A stretch of 64,000 bases of DNA from Thermoplasmata archaeon (GCA_028864975.1 JAGWLG010000002.1:101600-165599), one strand, 5' to 3'. Positions 53,421-63,198 are shown, counted from the stretch's first letter. Made by a program: numbers and translations. The notes: generated by a model from the sequence alone, not told the origin.

Positions 53421-54404
53421 ATGCTGCAGCGGAAGCCCAAATACCAAGGAGCCCTCGTCCCGGGCGTGGCGAGCGTGCAGTTCCTCCAGGTCTCCGCAGG
53501 CGCGTTCCTGGGAGGCGCGGTGGAGGGCGTGGTCCGTGCTGAGTTCGACAAGCCTACCAAAGTGCGGGATATCACCCTCACGCTGACCGGCAGTGAGCAT
53601 TCGCAAACCACGGTGCAGGCGGGGAAGAACTCCGAGACGATCACGCAGGTGTCACCCTTCCTACAACAGGCGGTCTCCCTGCGCGAGCGCATCCCGTTCC
53701 AGGACCCCGAGCACGCCACCCCCGGCACCTACGATCTTCCGTTCAAGTTCCCTCTCCCGGTGGTCGCTCCTCCCACCCTGGCCACTTCCATCGAGGACCA
53801 GGACTTCGGGCACATCGATCACGTGCGTGACGGGATGTACGTCGATTACGCCCTTGAGATCAAGGTCGATGTTCCGCTCTGGATCGACCCCCTTCGCCGG
53901 CACCGTTTTCCCGTCTATCCCCCGGTCCGCGTCCTCGGAGGGATGCCCGAGGCCCGCACGAGCTCGGGCCCGGACCGCGCAGGGCTCCAGGTCGCCCCCC
54001 TGGACGGTAACGCCCCCTGGATCTTCCCCGGCAAGCCCTGCTCGATCCTCTACAACGTCCAGAACCCTTCGGGGAAGACCCTGAAGGGGCTTACCGCGCG
54101 GTTGGTCCGCGACGTGAGCTATGTCTGCCGGGGCCGCTCCTGCGCGAGCCAACAGATCTTCGGGAACTTCTTTGCTCCGTTCCAAGGCAACGCTCCCTCT
54201 TTCCAGGGGCGCCTCGACCTCATGGTCCCGAACGACGCCGGGATGGTGAACCCCGGGAGCGGTCAGCTCTTCAGATGCACCTGGTCGATGGAGTTCGACC
54301 TCGGAGTGGAATGGGGGTTCGACGCGAAGGTCAAGGTTCCGCTAACGCCGCCCGTGGTCCAAGTGCCGGTCCCGACCGCCTCTCCCCCTCCTCCCTACGC
54401 ATAG
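53421..54404 (+). CDS. Arrestin-fold (Spo0M/arrestin-N-like) protein ending in PPPPY
   Basis: N-terminal pattern F..VSAGAFLGGAVEGVVRAEFDKPTKVRDITLTLTGSE is typical of arrestin-N/Spo0M beta-sandwiches. A second beta-rich half follows. The C-terminus is VPVPTASPPPPYA. Confidence 0.55.
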   Translation: MLQRKPKYQGALVPGVASVQFLQVSAGAFLGGAVEGVVRAEFDKPTKVRDITLTLTGSEHSQTTVQAGKNSETITQVSPFLQQAVSLRERIPFQDPEHATPGTYDLPFKFPLPVVAPPTLATSIEDQDFGHIDHVRDGMYVDYALEIKVDVPLWIDPLRRHRFPVYPPVRVLGGMPEARTSSGPDRAGLQVAPLDGNAPWIFPGKPCSILYNVQNPSGKTLKGLTARLVRDVSYVCRGRSCASQQIFGNFFAPFQGNAPSFQGRLDLMVPNDAGMVNPGSGQLFRCTWSMEFDLGVEWGFDAKVKVPLTPPVVQVPVPTASPPPPYA

Positions 54405-54424
54405 CGGCCCACCTCGCCTTCCGG

Positions 54425-55201
54425 TCATAGCGCGACAGGACCTTGAGCGGCGCTTCGCGAGGGCGCTTTGGGAGACGGATCGCGGAGGGGGACCGTTCGC
54501 GTGCGCTCGCGCAACAGTTGGGAGAAATGCTCACCTCGCACCGTCCACGAGAACCCGTGCGACGGTCGGTAGTACAGCCACCCATTGTCCAGGGCCTCGT
54601 CCACGGTACCTCGAAGGCCTTCCGGCACCCCCTGGGGGGAGGCAAAGAGAAAGGCCTGCACGAGCCGAGAGATGGGGTCCTCGCTATCGGAGAGTGTGAG
54701 ATGGTCGTGCGCGGAGCCGAGCTGCCGCATCAGCGAAGGAGCCATGTCGAGGGGGATCCGGCGAAGGTCGTACGGGCAAAGAAAGCGCGAGCCGCCGCGG
54801 GGTTGCTGGTCGAACCAGCTCTCATACTCCTCGATCCGGGGAACGTCCTCGCGGGTCCAATAGTACGATATGGCGTCCGCACCCGCCGAGACCCCTCGGG
54901 GATGGGCCGAGACGAACTCCGCGATCTCCGGTACAGGTCTCAGCACGCGCTGGGTTGCGGCCACCTGGGGTCCCTGAAGGTCGCGTATGGCCCCCTCGAA
55001 ACGGGCCGAGATACGAGGGAGCTTCTCCCGGACCAGGTCTGCGACCCAGGGTTCTGCGACCCAATAGGCGGTCGCCCCCGGGTCCGAGGCCCCACGAAGG
55101 AACGCGACAGCATGCTCGGCCTCCTCCTCTCCCGAGTCATGGAAGGCGATGGCGTGCGTGCCCGACGGCAAGCTGGAGAGGTCTTTCAGCAGAATCGGCA
55201 T
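54425..55201 (-). CDS. MEDS-domain protein (putative sensory/regulatory)
   Basis: THAIAFHDSGEEEAEHAVAFLRGA and RFLCPYDLRRIP match the MEDS pattern (H-x-x-x-Y/F...fl..G...C.YD) as I recall it. Confidence 0.6.
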   Translation of the reverse strand: MPILLKDLSSLPSGTHAIAFHDSGEEEAEHAVAFLRGASDPGATAYWVAEPWVADLVREKLPRISARFEGAIRDLQGPQVAATQRVLRPVPEIAEFVSAHPRGVSAGADAISYYWTREDVPRIEEYESWFDQQPRGGSRFLCPYDLRRIPLDMAPSLMRQLGSAHDHLTLSDSEDPISRLVQAFLFASPQGVPEGLRGTVDEALDNGWLYYRPSHGFSWTVRGEHFSQLLRERTRTVPLRDPSPKAPSRSAAQGPVAL

Positions 55202-55284
55202 GGACGCCCCGGGGAGCCCCAGGACCTCCCGTCCAATGCGTATAGGTACGTACCGCAGATATGAACGCGAGGGTTACCTGTTGG

Positions 55285-56313
55285 TTACGGTTCGAGCGTG
55301 AGCTCCTCCCCGGCCTCTTCCAGATAGAAAGCGAAGGCGTGGATCACGGCACGCTCGGCCGTGGCCCAGGCCTCGGGGATCTGCTTCCAGCCGTCCCGCA
55401 GGTCTCCTACGGCGTAGAGACCTGGGACCGGGCCCGAGCCGTCGGTCGCAAGGACACGGCAGTCGTCATCGGTCGCTACGTAGCCGTCGTCCGTGATCTT
55501 CGCCCCCAACTTCCGTGGGAGCTCGGCATGGGTCGAGTACCAGCCCATCCCGCTGAACCCCTTGTCGAAGGTCATGTGGGAGCCGTCGGCCAACACGACC
55601 CCGAACTGCTTCTCCCGGATCCCTTCGAAGCTCACGATCGACGGGTCGAGGTGTCGAACTCCTCGGGACGCGAGCCGCCGCTCGATCTCCCTGCGTTCCT
55701 CCGGCGGGGTGTCCTCCAGCCATGTGGACCCATGCGCGAGGATCGTGACCGAAGTGGGATGGAAGTGAAAGAGGTCAAGGGCCGTCAGGGCGGCGAACTT
55801 TCCTGCTCCTATGACGGCGACCCTCTTGCCCGGCAGGGTGTGGCCATCGCAGAGGACACAGAAGTCGACGATCCCCTGGTTGGCCCAGGGAAAGATCGGT
55901 CGGATCTCCCCTTGCACCTCGGGGATGCGGTCGACGACCCCCATGGCAAGGACGAGGACACGTCCCGTCACCCTCTGGACCTGACGGAGGCGCTCGAAGG
56001 TCACCGTGAACCCCTCCGATCCGCGCTCCACACTATGGACGACGACCGGCGAGAGGTAGTCGGTCCAGTTGGAGACCCGGCGGACCTGTTCGAGCTGAAG
56101 GTCCAGCAGTTTGTGTCCACTGATCCCTTCCGGGAACCCCGGGATGTTCGCCATGTTCGGCGCGTAGTACGACCGTCCGAACTTCGGCCCGCGGTCGAGG
56201 ATGAGCGCGGTCTGGTGGAGCAGCCCGGCCTTGAACCCGGCTTGCAGGCCGGCGTGCCCGCCGCCGAGGACCAGGACATCGTATTGGGGCTTGAGGCGGA
56301 CGAAACCGGCCAT
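55285..56313 (-). CDS. FAD-dependent pyridine nucleotide-disulfide oxidoreductase, thioredoxin reductase-like
   Basis: YDVLVLGGGHAGLQAG (FAD), redox CVLCDG (compare CATCDG), VAVIGAGKFA (NAD(P)) and YAVGDL. Confidence 0.8.
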   Translation of the reverse strand: MAGFVRLKPQYDVLVLGGGHAGLQAGFKAGLLHQTALILDRGPKFGRSYYAPNMANIPGFPEGISGHKLLDLQLEQVRRVSNWTDYLSPVVVHSVERGSEGFTVTFERLRQVQRVTGRVLVLAMGVVDRIPEVQGEIRPIFPWANQGIVDFCVLCDGHTLPGKRVAVIGAGKFAALTALDLFHFHPTSVTILAHGSTWLEDTPPEERREIERRLASRGVRHLDPSIVSFEGIREKQFGVVLADGSHMTFDKGFSGMGWYSTHAELPRKLGAKITDDGYVATDDDCRVLATDGSGPVPGLYAVGDLRDGWKQIPEAWATAERAVIHAFAFYLEEAGEELTLEP

Positions 56314-56333
56314 CCACCCTAGGACCGATTTCG

Positions 56334-57122
56334 CTACTTGAGGTCGCGCGCAGGCTCCGCGAGGCGAGCCCGGGTCCGAGGTACGAACGAGGGCAGCGGG
56401 TGACCGCAGGCGCGACAGGTGCTCTTCACCAATCGTCGCTCCAACGGGATCAAGTGGGCCCAGAGCCCACCTGCCGTCAGCGCGTAGAGCTCCAGCGCGG
56501 CCTCACAGCTTTGGTCGAACGAAGTCGCCTCCACCCCCAACGCGCGCCGTTGAGCGCGGCGCCACCCCGGGGACATCCTGGCGCCGACCCGTTCCCAGAG
56601 CGCGTTCTCGGTCCCATAGGGCATCTCGAGGTGGACCGCGACCAGTGCCGCCATGGCGTTCCCCAGAAGGTTCCTTTGGACGGCGGCCGTCTCGTGGTCT
56701 CCTTCGGCCATCGAGCGCGTGAGTTTCTGGACCTCCTCCGCCCAGCCGGTCAGCTCTCGTCCCAAGTACCGACTGGAGGAGCGTCGGAGCCGTTCGGGTC
56801 GAAAGCGTTCCGCTTGCCCCTTGAGCCGGCCCGCCACCCCCGACGGGTCGTGGAGCAGAACGGCCTCCCGCCAGCCGGGGACGGCCCCCCAGGCGTTCTT
56901 GGGATCATCAAACCTGGACCGTTCCTTGCGAACGGTGGTCCGATGCACCGATACCTGGAGTCCCCCGCGGAAGAGGATCTCGGTCCCCTCGCGCCGGCCG
57001 ACCACCCATAGGTCCAGGTCCGACCACCGATGAGCGTCCCCTCGGGCCCAACTGCCCGCAAGGACCACGGCGGAGGCTCCCTCTCGAGCAAAGGTCCGGG
57101 CCATGATTCGTGCGATGGACAT
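56334..57122 (-). CDS. Nucleotidyltransferase-domain protein (KNTase/MNT-like) with helical C-terminal domain
   Basis: LAGSWARGDAHRWSDLDLWVV (GS-x9-SD-x-D signature). Start ATG 57122, because the longer track ORF would overlap the upstream peptidase gene. Confidence 0.7.
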   Translation of the reverse strand: MSIARIMARTFAREGASAVVLAGSWARGDAHRWSDLDLWVVGRREGTEILFRGGLQVSVHRTTVRKERSRFDDPKNAWGAVPGWREAVLLHDPSGVAGRLKGQAERFRPERLRRSSSRYLGRELTGWAEEVQKLTRSMAEGDHETAAVQRNLLGNAMAALVAVHLEMPYGTENALWERVGARMSPGWRRAQRRALGVEATSFDQSCEAALELYALTAGGLWAHLIPLERRLVKSTCRACGHPLPSFVPRTRARLAEPARDLK

Positions 57123-57208
57123 GGCCCGGCGAAGGTCCTTGCGAGCCGCCCGCGGATTGCGTCGTTCCCAGCGGGAGCGCGACCCTGGCATTCCGTCCGA
57201 TCTCCCGT

Positions 57209-59146
57209 TCAGAGCTCCCGTTGGAAGAACTCGCCCATCCGCCCCCACATCCGGAGCTTCTGCTGGATGTCGTCGGACCCGTGGCCCTCGTCGCCGAACT
57301 CGACGTACTCGAATTCCCGGCCTTCCGTCCTTCCCAGCTCGAGCAGACGGTCGCGGAACTTCCGGGCCTGGTCCACAGGACAGCGAGGGTCGTTCGCTCC
57401 ATGAAGCATCAGGAGCTTCGCTCGGAGCTTCTCGGCGAAGTGGAGCGCACTACGGTCACGCCAGAGTTCACGGTCCTGGACCGGGTCACCCATGTTCTCC
57501 CGCAAGAAGTAGCGGAAGTGCTCCTTGGATCCCTCCCACATCTGTTCGAGGTCGGTGATCCCCACGATGGCGCAGGCGGCCTTCCACATCTCCGGTCGCT
57601 TCACGCTCGCAAGATACGTCATGTAGCCCCCGTAACTCCCCCCGAAGAGCCCCACTCGGTCCGGGTCGACCTGGGGCAGGGTCCGCAGATACTCGGTCGC
57701 GGCGACCACGTCGCGGAGATCGCCCCCTCCCCAGTCCTTGCGGTTCATGTCGCGGAACTCGACGCCGTACCCGGTGCTCCCCCTCACGTTGGGTTCGATG
57801 AGGGTGAACCCGAGAGCGACAAGGTACTGCGCGAGGGGGTTGAACTGTCGGAAGAACTGCCAAGTGGGGCCGCCGTGCACCTCGACGAGGGCGGGGGAGC
57901 GCCGCGCGGAGGCCCGGCCTCGCGGGTGGTAGACGAGCGCCTCGATCTCGCGTCCGTCGAACGTCGGGTAGTGAACCGTCTCGCACGGGGCCAGGGCGCG
58001 GGGGTCGATACCTTTCATGACCGGTGCGAGGAGAAGACGCCGTCTCTTCCGCGGGAGGTCGAAGGCCCAGAACTGCCACGGGCGGTGGACGTCCGTCTCG
58101 TACAGCAGGACCTCGGAGCCCGAAGGAAGGAACTGGGCCATCCCGAGGGTACCGCCCGGAAGGTCGAGGGCCTCCTCCTTCCCCGAGGCCAGGTCGTAGA
58201 CCCATGCACGGGTGGCGACCCCTGAGTTCCCGACCGTCAGAAGGCGTCTTCCGTCGGGAGAGTGATCCGCGGGGTTCTCCTCCCACCCGGCGTGGCCGAA
58301 CCATCGGACCTGGTGCGTCCCGACCTCCAGAAGTCCGGGACGGAAGCTCCCCGTCGCGTCCGAGGCGACGGCAAGGGAAGCTCCGTCGGGGCTCCATCCC
58401 ATGGGGACATCCTTGGAGCCCTCCTTGACGCGGAGGAGAAGTTCTGGGGTCCCTCCATCGGAAGGGATCCGATAGACATCCTCGTTCTTCGGGTCCTCGA
58501 GCTCGTTCGTCCCGTAGGCGATCCATTTCCCATCCGGGCTGTAGACGCGCTCGCTGTAGGCCCCCGCCGGGTTGGCGTGGTCCGTCAGCTGTTCGGGCAA
58601 GGACCCCTTCTCGAGCCGGAGCCTCCAGAGGTTGAGCTGCTTCCGACCGCTCTTCCCCTGGAGGTTCCCCATCAAGAGCAGCCAGCGTCCATCGGGAGAG
58701 ACGTCGATCGGGTGCTTCTCCGAGGAGGGGTCCTCCGTCAGCCGTTCGACACGCCCATCCTTCGTCCAGATCCGGTAGATGTCGTGGTTCTCGTTCCCTT
58801 GGATGTCCTTGCCGAAGAACAGCGAGGTCCCCTCGCGGTCCCACAGGAGCCCCGACCGAAGTGCACGCGGCACCTCTCCCTGGCTCACCTGGCGAGGTCG
58901 AGGTCGGTCGAGCGGGAGGACATAGAGCTCGTTCCGGCCGGTCTTGTCGAAGTAGAAGGCGAGCGTGCCCCGGTCGCGAGAGAGCGCGGGGAGCTTGTAC
59001 TGCGGGAGCGAGAAGAGCCTCTCAAGGGTGAGAGGGACCGAGGAGCGAGGTCGGGGTTTCGGACGGGCAGACCGGCGGGTGCGTCTCCGATCCCTCGGAC
59101 CTGACCGTGATCTTCGGGTCTGCTTGGGGGGTTTCAAGGGGTGCAC
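57209..59146 (-). CDS. S9-family serine peptidase (prolyl oligopeptidase / acylaminoacyl-peptidase type) with beta-propeller
   Basis: Propeller repeats (SPDG.. recurring), nucleophile GGSYGGYMT, and HGANDPRCP...GDEGHG. Confidence 0.9.
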   Translation of the reverse strand: MHPLKPPKQTRRSRSGPRDRRRTRRSARPKPRPRSSVPLTLERLFSLPQYKLPALSRDRGTLAFYFDKTGRNELYVLPLDRPRPRQVSQGEVPRALRSGLLWDREGTSLFFGKDIQGNENHDIYRIWTKDGRVERLTEDPSSEKHPIDVSPDGRWLLLMGNLQGKSGRKQLNLWRLRLEKGSLPEQLTDHANPAGAYSERVYSPDGKWIAYGTNELEDPKNEDVYRIPSDGGTPELLLRVKEGSKDVPMGWSPDGASLAVASDATGSFRPGLLEVGTHQVRWFGHAGWEENPADHSPDGRRLLTVGNSGVATRAWVYDLASGKEEALDLPGGTLGMAQFLPSGSEVLLYETDVHRPWQFWAFDLPRKRRRLLLAPVMKGIDPRALAPCETVHYPTFDGREIEALVYHPRGRASARRSPALVEVHGGPTWQFFRQFNPLAQYLVALGFTLIEPNVRGSTGYGVEFRDMNRKDWGGGDLRDVVAATEYLRTLPQVDPDRVGLFGGSYGGYMTYLASVKRPEMWKAACAIVGITDLEQMWEGSKEHFRYFLRENMGDPVQDRELWRDRSALHFAEKLRAKLLMLHGANDPRCPVDQARKFRDRLLELGRTEGREFEYVEFGDEGHGSDDIQQKLRMWGRMGEFFQREL

Positions 59147-59190
59147 TCCCGCTGCCGACCGGGTCCCCTCCCTTCAATCCTTCTCCGCCG

Positions 59191-61896
59191 TCAGCGGGCC
59201 AATGGAAGGGCGTTCCTCCGTGCCTCGAGCTTCACCGCCCGCGCGAGGGCACCGCTCGCCCTCAGCTGCCCAAGCGACTCGTTCCAAGCCGCACGCGCCG
59301 CACTGTACCGGGCCTCCTTGACGAGGAGGTCTCCCAGGTCCTCGAGGGCCATGGCGTGGTCATACTTGCGCCCGGACCGCGCGGTCTCTTCCGCGATCCG
59401 ACCCAGGAGCCCCTCGGCCTGCGAGCTCTCCCCTCGGGCAGCCTGGACGACCGCATAGGTCCGGGCCGCGTAGGAGCCGATCATGCCGGAGAGGTCGTGT
59501 CCGGCCTGCTGCGCCTCGGACCAGGCCTCTTCCACCTTGCCCTGAGCGAGCAGGATCTGAGCCATCGTGGCGTGCGCCTCTCGGGAGGATTCCTGCTGGG
59601 AGAGAAGGCGTCCTGCGGGGAGCAGCGGCCGGAGGAGCTCCTCGGCCCGTCGAGGGTCGCCCAGCTCGAGCAAGCACCGGGCCTGGATCGGTAAGGTCAT
59701 GGCCTGGACCTGCGAGAGCCCTGCGACCTCGCAGAGCTCGAGCGCTTCCTCCAACGCGTGCTTGGCCGGTTCGAGGTCGCCCATGTGCACCAGGACCTCC
59801 GCCGCGTTGGCCAAGTTGATGGCCTGGTTCGTCAGCGCACCCCTTCGCCGCCACTCCTCGCTGGCCTGCTCGAAGATGGCCTTGGCCATCCCGAGGTCCC
59901 CCAGGGTGACCGCGAGGATCCCCAGCGCGGTGCGGACGTTCGCCTCCGAGGTCACGTGGCCAGCGCGCCGGGCGCGGGAGAGGGCATCGAGCAGGACCGC
60001 CTTGCCCTGGGCGAACTCGCCTCGAGCAACGAGCGCCGTGGCGTAGGAGATCCTGACCCCCATGCGTCGTCGAGGTTCGATCTCGGCCCCCTCCTCGTCG
60101 AGGCGGTCGAGGAAGCGGGGGACCTCGCGGCAGACCTCCTCCCAGCGTTGCTGGCGGTTCAGGACCTCACAGCGGTAGATCCGGATCCTCAGGTCGGCCA
60201 GGCTTCGCTGGTCCTTGTCGACGAGGACCGAATCCGCCCGGTTGAGGATCGCCAGGGACTTCTCGGGGTTCCCGCGGTGGGTCTCGAGCAGGGCGAGCTC
60301 GCAGAGCAGTTCCACCTGCGCAAGCCCGGGAGGCGAGGTCTCGAGAGCGTGCTCGATGGTCGTGACCGCTCTCACGGCGTCGCCGGTCTGGAAGAGGGAC
60401 GTCGCCACCCGTCGCTCCCATCCTACCAGAGCGTCCGCGAGGGCGCCCGACCGCGCGAGCTCCTCCCCCTCCCGGGCGTACCGCAGCTGCGCTTCGAGGT
60501 CCCCTCGGTCGGAGGCCGCCTTCCAAGCACGGTCCAGCCAGGGGAGGGCGAGGACCGGCTCCTGGGCCCGGTGGTAGTGCATGGCGATCCGCTCGACCGC
60601 CTGCGGGTCGTGCGCCGCGTGCCACTCCCCCGCCCGTCGATGGAGGCGCCGAAGCAGCTCTCCGGACATCTCCGAGCGTACGACCGCAGCGAGGAAGCCC
60701 GGCTGTACCTGCCAAACGCTCGGTCGCACCGGATGCACCAGCGCATAGCGCGTCTCCAAGCGCTCGAGCGCCCGCTTGAGCTTGGGGGCGAGCTCGGGAA
60801 GCAGCGCAGGAAGGGCACGAGGGTCGAACTCGCTGCCCAGGACCGAGATCGCCTCGAGGAGGTTGCGGTCCTCCGGCATCAGCACCTGGATCCGTCGGTG
60901 AACCCACCAGCGAAGCAGCGTGGGGACCTGAAGGTCCTCGGGAGGCGGATGGACCCGGAACGCCTCCCCCCTCCGAGCGATCCACCCATCGCGAAGGCCG
61001 GCCCGTACGATCTCCTGGACGAAGAACGGATTGCCGTTGGCCCGCGCGAGGATGGGTGGCAGTTTCCCCGGCTGGTCCAGGGAGAGGGGGCCCTGCAGAA
61101 GCTCCTCGGTGAGCCGCAGCACCTGGGTATCGGAGAGGCTGCGCAGCGTGAGACGTACCGCACCGCTCTCGCGCTGGACACTATGGGCGAGCTCCTCCAT
61201 CGTTGGGCCATCGCCAGGGCGACCCTCGGGGGAGGGTTCCTCAGCGTCGTAGCTGACCGCGACAAGGAGCGAGCGTTTCCTCGCTTCCCGGGCCAGCGGG
61301 CGAAGCAAAGAACGCGACGAAGGGTCGGCCCAGTGGAAGTTATCGAGCGCGACCACCACCGGGTGCTCGAGGGAGGCGCGTGAGAGGTGGTCCAGGACCC
61401 TCAACGAGGCAGCGACCGCAGGGAGTTCCTCGAGCCGAAGCTCCTTCCCGTCCGACGGGGGGAAGAGCTCCTCGGCCGCCACGCCCCAGTCCTTCGAGAG
61501 CCCAGAGCGGGTCGCGGCCGCCCGTCCGTAGTCGCGCAGGCGCGGTCCACCATCCGAACCCACGACCGCCGCGGCCAGCGGGAGGGAGGCACCCCTCTCG
61601 GCCCGGACCGGTGGATCGAGGTCGAGGGCCCGGCGGCTGGGGTTCTCGAGCGCGCGGCGGAAGGGGAGGTAGGGTCGAGCGTCCCCTTCGGAAGCATGGC
61701 CTTGGAACACTACGAACCCCCGCTCGACCGCGAGATCGCAGGCGAGCTCGAGCATGCGGGACTTCCCCGAACCTGGCGGACCTGAGATCAAGAGCAGCCC
61801 GCCGCGTCCCTTGGCCGTTCCGTCAAGGACCCGCTCTAGGAGCGCTTTCTCGGTCTCGCGGCCGATCAGGGGGACCGAGACGGGATAGCCCGCCAC
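59191..61896 (-). CDS. STAND-type AAA_16 ATPase with C-terminal TPR array (paralog of 37812..40400)
   Basis: LIGRETEKALL...ISGPPGSGKSR (Walker A) and VVVALDNFHWADPSSRSLL (Walker B), followed by a long TPR-like region. GTG start. Confidence 0.8.
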   Translation of the reverse strand: MAGYPVSVPLIGRETEKALLERVLDGTAKGRGGLLLISGPPGSGKSRMLELACDLAVERGFVVFQGHASEGDARPYLPFRRALENPSRRALDLDPPVRAERGASLPLAAAVVGSDGGPRLRDYGRAAATRSGLSKDWGVAAEELFPPSDGKELRLEELPAVAASLRVLDHLSRASLEHPVVVALDNFHWADPSSRSLLRPLAREARKRSLLVAVSYDAEEPSPEGRPGDGPTMEELAHSVQRESGAVRLTLRSLSDTQVLRLTEELLQGPLSLDQPGKLPPILARANGNPFFVQEIVRAGLRDGWIARRGEAFRVHPPPEDLQVPTLLRWWVHRRIQVLMPEDRNLLEAISVLGSEFDPRALPALLPELAPKLKRALERLETRYALVHPVRPSVWQVQPGFLAAVVRSEMSGELLRRLHRRAGEWHAAHDPQAVERIAMHYHRAQEPVLALPWLDRAWKAASDRGDLEAQLRYAREGEELARSGALADALVGWERRVATSLFQTGDAVRAVTTIEHALETSPPGLAQVELLCELALLETHRGNPEKSLAILNRADSVLVDKDQRSLADLRIRIYRCEVLNRQQRWEEVCREVPRFLDRLDEEGAEIEPRRRMGVRISYATALVARGEFAQGKAVLLDALSRARRAGHVTSEANVRTALGILAVTLGDLGMAKAIFEQASEEWRRRGALTNQAINLANAAEVLVHMGDLEPAKHALEEALELCEVAGLSQVQAMTLPIQARCLLELGDPRRAEELLRPLLPAGRLLSQQESSREAHATMAQILLAQGKVEEAWSEAQQAGHDLSGMIGSYAARTYAVVQAARGESSQAEGLLGRIAEETARSGRKYDHAMALEDLGDLLVKEARYSAARAAWNESLGQLRASGALARAVKLEARRNALPLAR

Positions 61897-61918
61897 GCGC
61901 AGCGATAGTCCACGACCC

Positions 61919-61926
61919 AGATTTAG
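61919..61926 (-). promoter_or_regulatory. TATA-like box (CTAAATCT on minus strand), leaderless spacing to GTG 61896
   Basis: Centre lies about 27 nt upstream of the start codon. Confidence 0.3.
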
Positions 61927-62145
61927 AGTGGTGGCGGAACCTCCGGGCTGCGACCGCGCACCTGCACGCGACCCGTCGAATGCGGGGCGCGACCCTTATT
62001 ACCGTCCCCTAGGTCGGGCCCGCTTGGGTCGCTCCTGACGCGGGGAACCCGAAGACCAGAAACGTCTCCGCCTGCCCTGCAAGGACGCCTTGTTCTCGAA
62101 GACGGGACGACCTTCGAGGCCGAAGGGTTCGGGGCCGCTCGAACG

Positions 62146-63198
62146 GTGCAAGGGGAGGTGGTCTTCACCACCGGCATGGTGGGATACCCCGAGTCGCTCA
62201 CCGACCCCTCGTACCGCGGGCAGATCCTGACCTTCACCTATCCCCTCCTCGGGAACTATGGGGTCCCTTCGCCGAGTGCGAGGGACGAGTGGGGCCTCCC
62301 GGCAGGGTTCGAGTCGGGGGAGATCCAGGTCCGGGCCGCGTTGATGCAAAGCCTGGAGCCCCCCCACCATTGGAACGCCAAGGTCTCGCTTCCGCAGTGG
62401 GCGGCCCGGTCGGGGGTCCCGCTGCTCGTCGGTCTCGACACCCGCCGGCTCACCTCGTTGCTCCGCTCTCGCGGGGTGATGCGGGGGAGCGTCGCGGTGG
62501 GCAAACAGGTCCCCAGCGCCCCCGCGATGCGGAAGGCGCTCGGGCGAGCTCCGAAGTACGAGGACGAGGACTTCGTCGCCGAGGTCGCCCCTCGCCACCC
62601 CCAGCTCCTCCGCTCGAAACGGGCCGCGGCCCCGCTCGTCGCCGCGGTGGACTGTGGCATCAAGGCGAGCATCCTCCGCTCGCTGCTGCGCAGGGGGGCG
62701 GATGTGGTCCGTTGGCCCTCGGATTCGATCGTGGAAGAGCGCTTCCAGGGAAGGAAGATCGCCGGGATTCTGGTGGGGAACGGTCCCGGAGACCCTTCCA
62801 CCCTCGAGACCGTGATCGATTCCTTGCGCATCTCCGAGAAACGTGGGACCCCGACGTTGGGGATCTGTCTCGGCCAACAGCTTCTCGCCCTCTCCAGAGG
62901 CGCTTCGACGTTCAAGCTCAAGTACGGCCACCGAGGACAGAACAAGCCCGTCGTCTTTCCCGATGGACGGGCGTGCATCCTCTCGGAGAACCACGGCTAC
63001 GCCGTGGACCCGGCCTCGCTCCGGGGGACGGGCCTCGAGCCCTGGGCCAGGAACCCGGATGACGGCACGCTCGAAGGGCTCCGCGACCGCCGGGGCCGGG
63101 TAATCGCCTTGCAAGGCCATCCGGAAGGAGGGCCCGGTCCGCGGGAGGCTTCGTTCGTCTTCGACCTCTTCGTCGAAAAGCTGAGGAAGCGCGCATGA
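62146..63198 (+). CDS. carA: Carbamoyl-phosphate synthase small (glutaminase) subunit; the real start is probably upstream of 62146
   Basis: GEVVFTTGMVGYPESLTDPSYRGQI and the GATase triad context GICLGQQLL...HGY. GTG 62146 is the first canonical start. The conserved N-terminus (LVLEDGTTFEAEGFG) is encoded in frame upstream (see findings). Confidence 0.9.
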   Translation: MQGEVVFTTGMVGYPESLTDPSYRGQILTFTYPLLGNYGVPSPSARDEWGLPAGFESGEIQVRAALMQSLEPPHHWNAKVSLPQWAARSGVPLLVGLDTRRLTSLLRSRGVMRGSVAVGKQVPSAPAMRKALGRAPKYEDEDFVAEVAPRHPQLLRSKRAAAPLVAAVDCGIKASILRSLLRRGADVVRWPSDSIVEERFQGRKIAGILVGNGPGDPSTLETVIDSLRISEKRGTPTLGICLGQQLLALSRGASTFKLKYGHRGQNKPVVFPDGRACILSENHGYAVDPASLRGTGLEPWARNPDDGTLEGLRDRRGRVIALQGHPEGGPGPREASFVFDLFVEKLRKRA

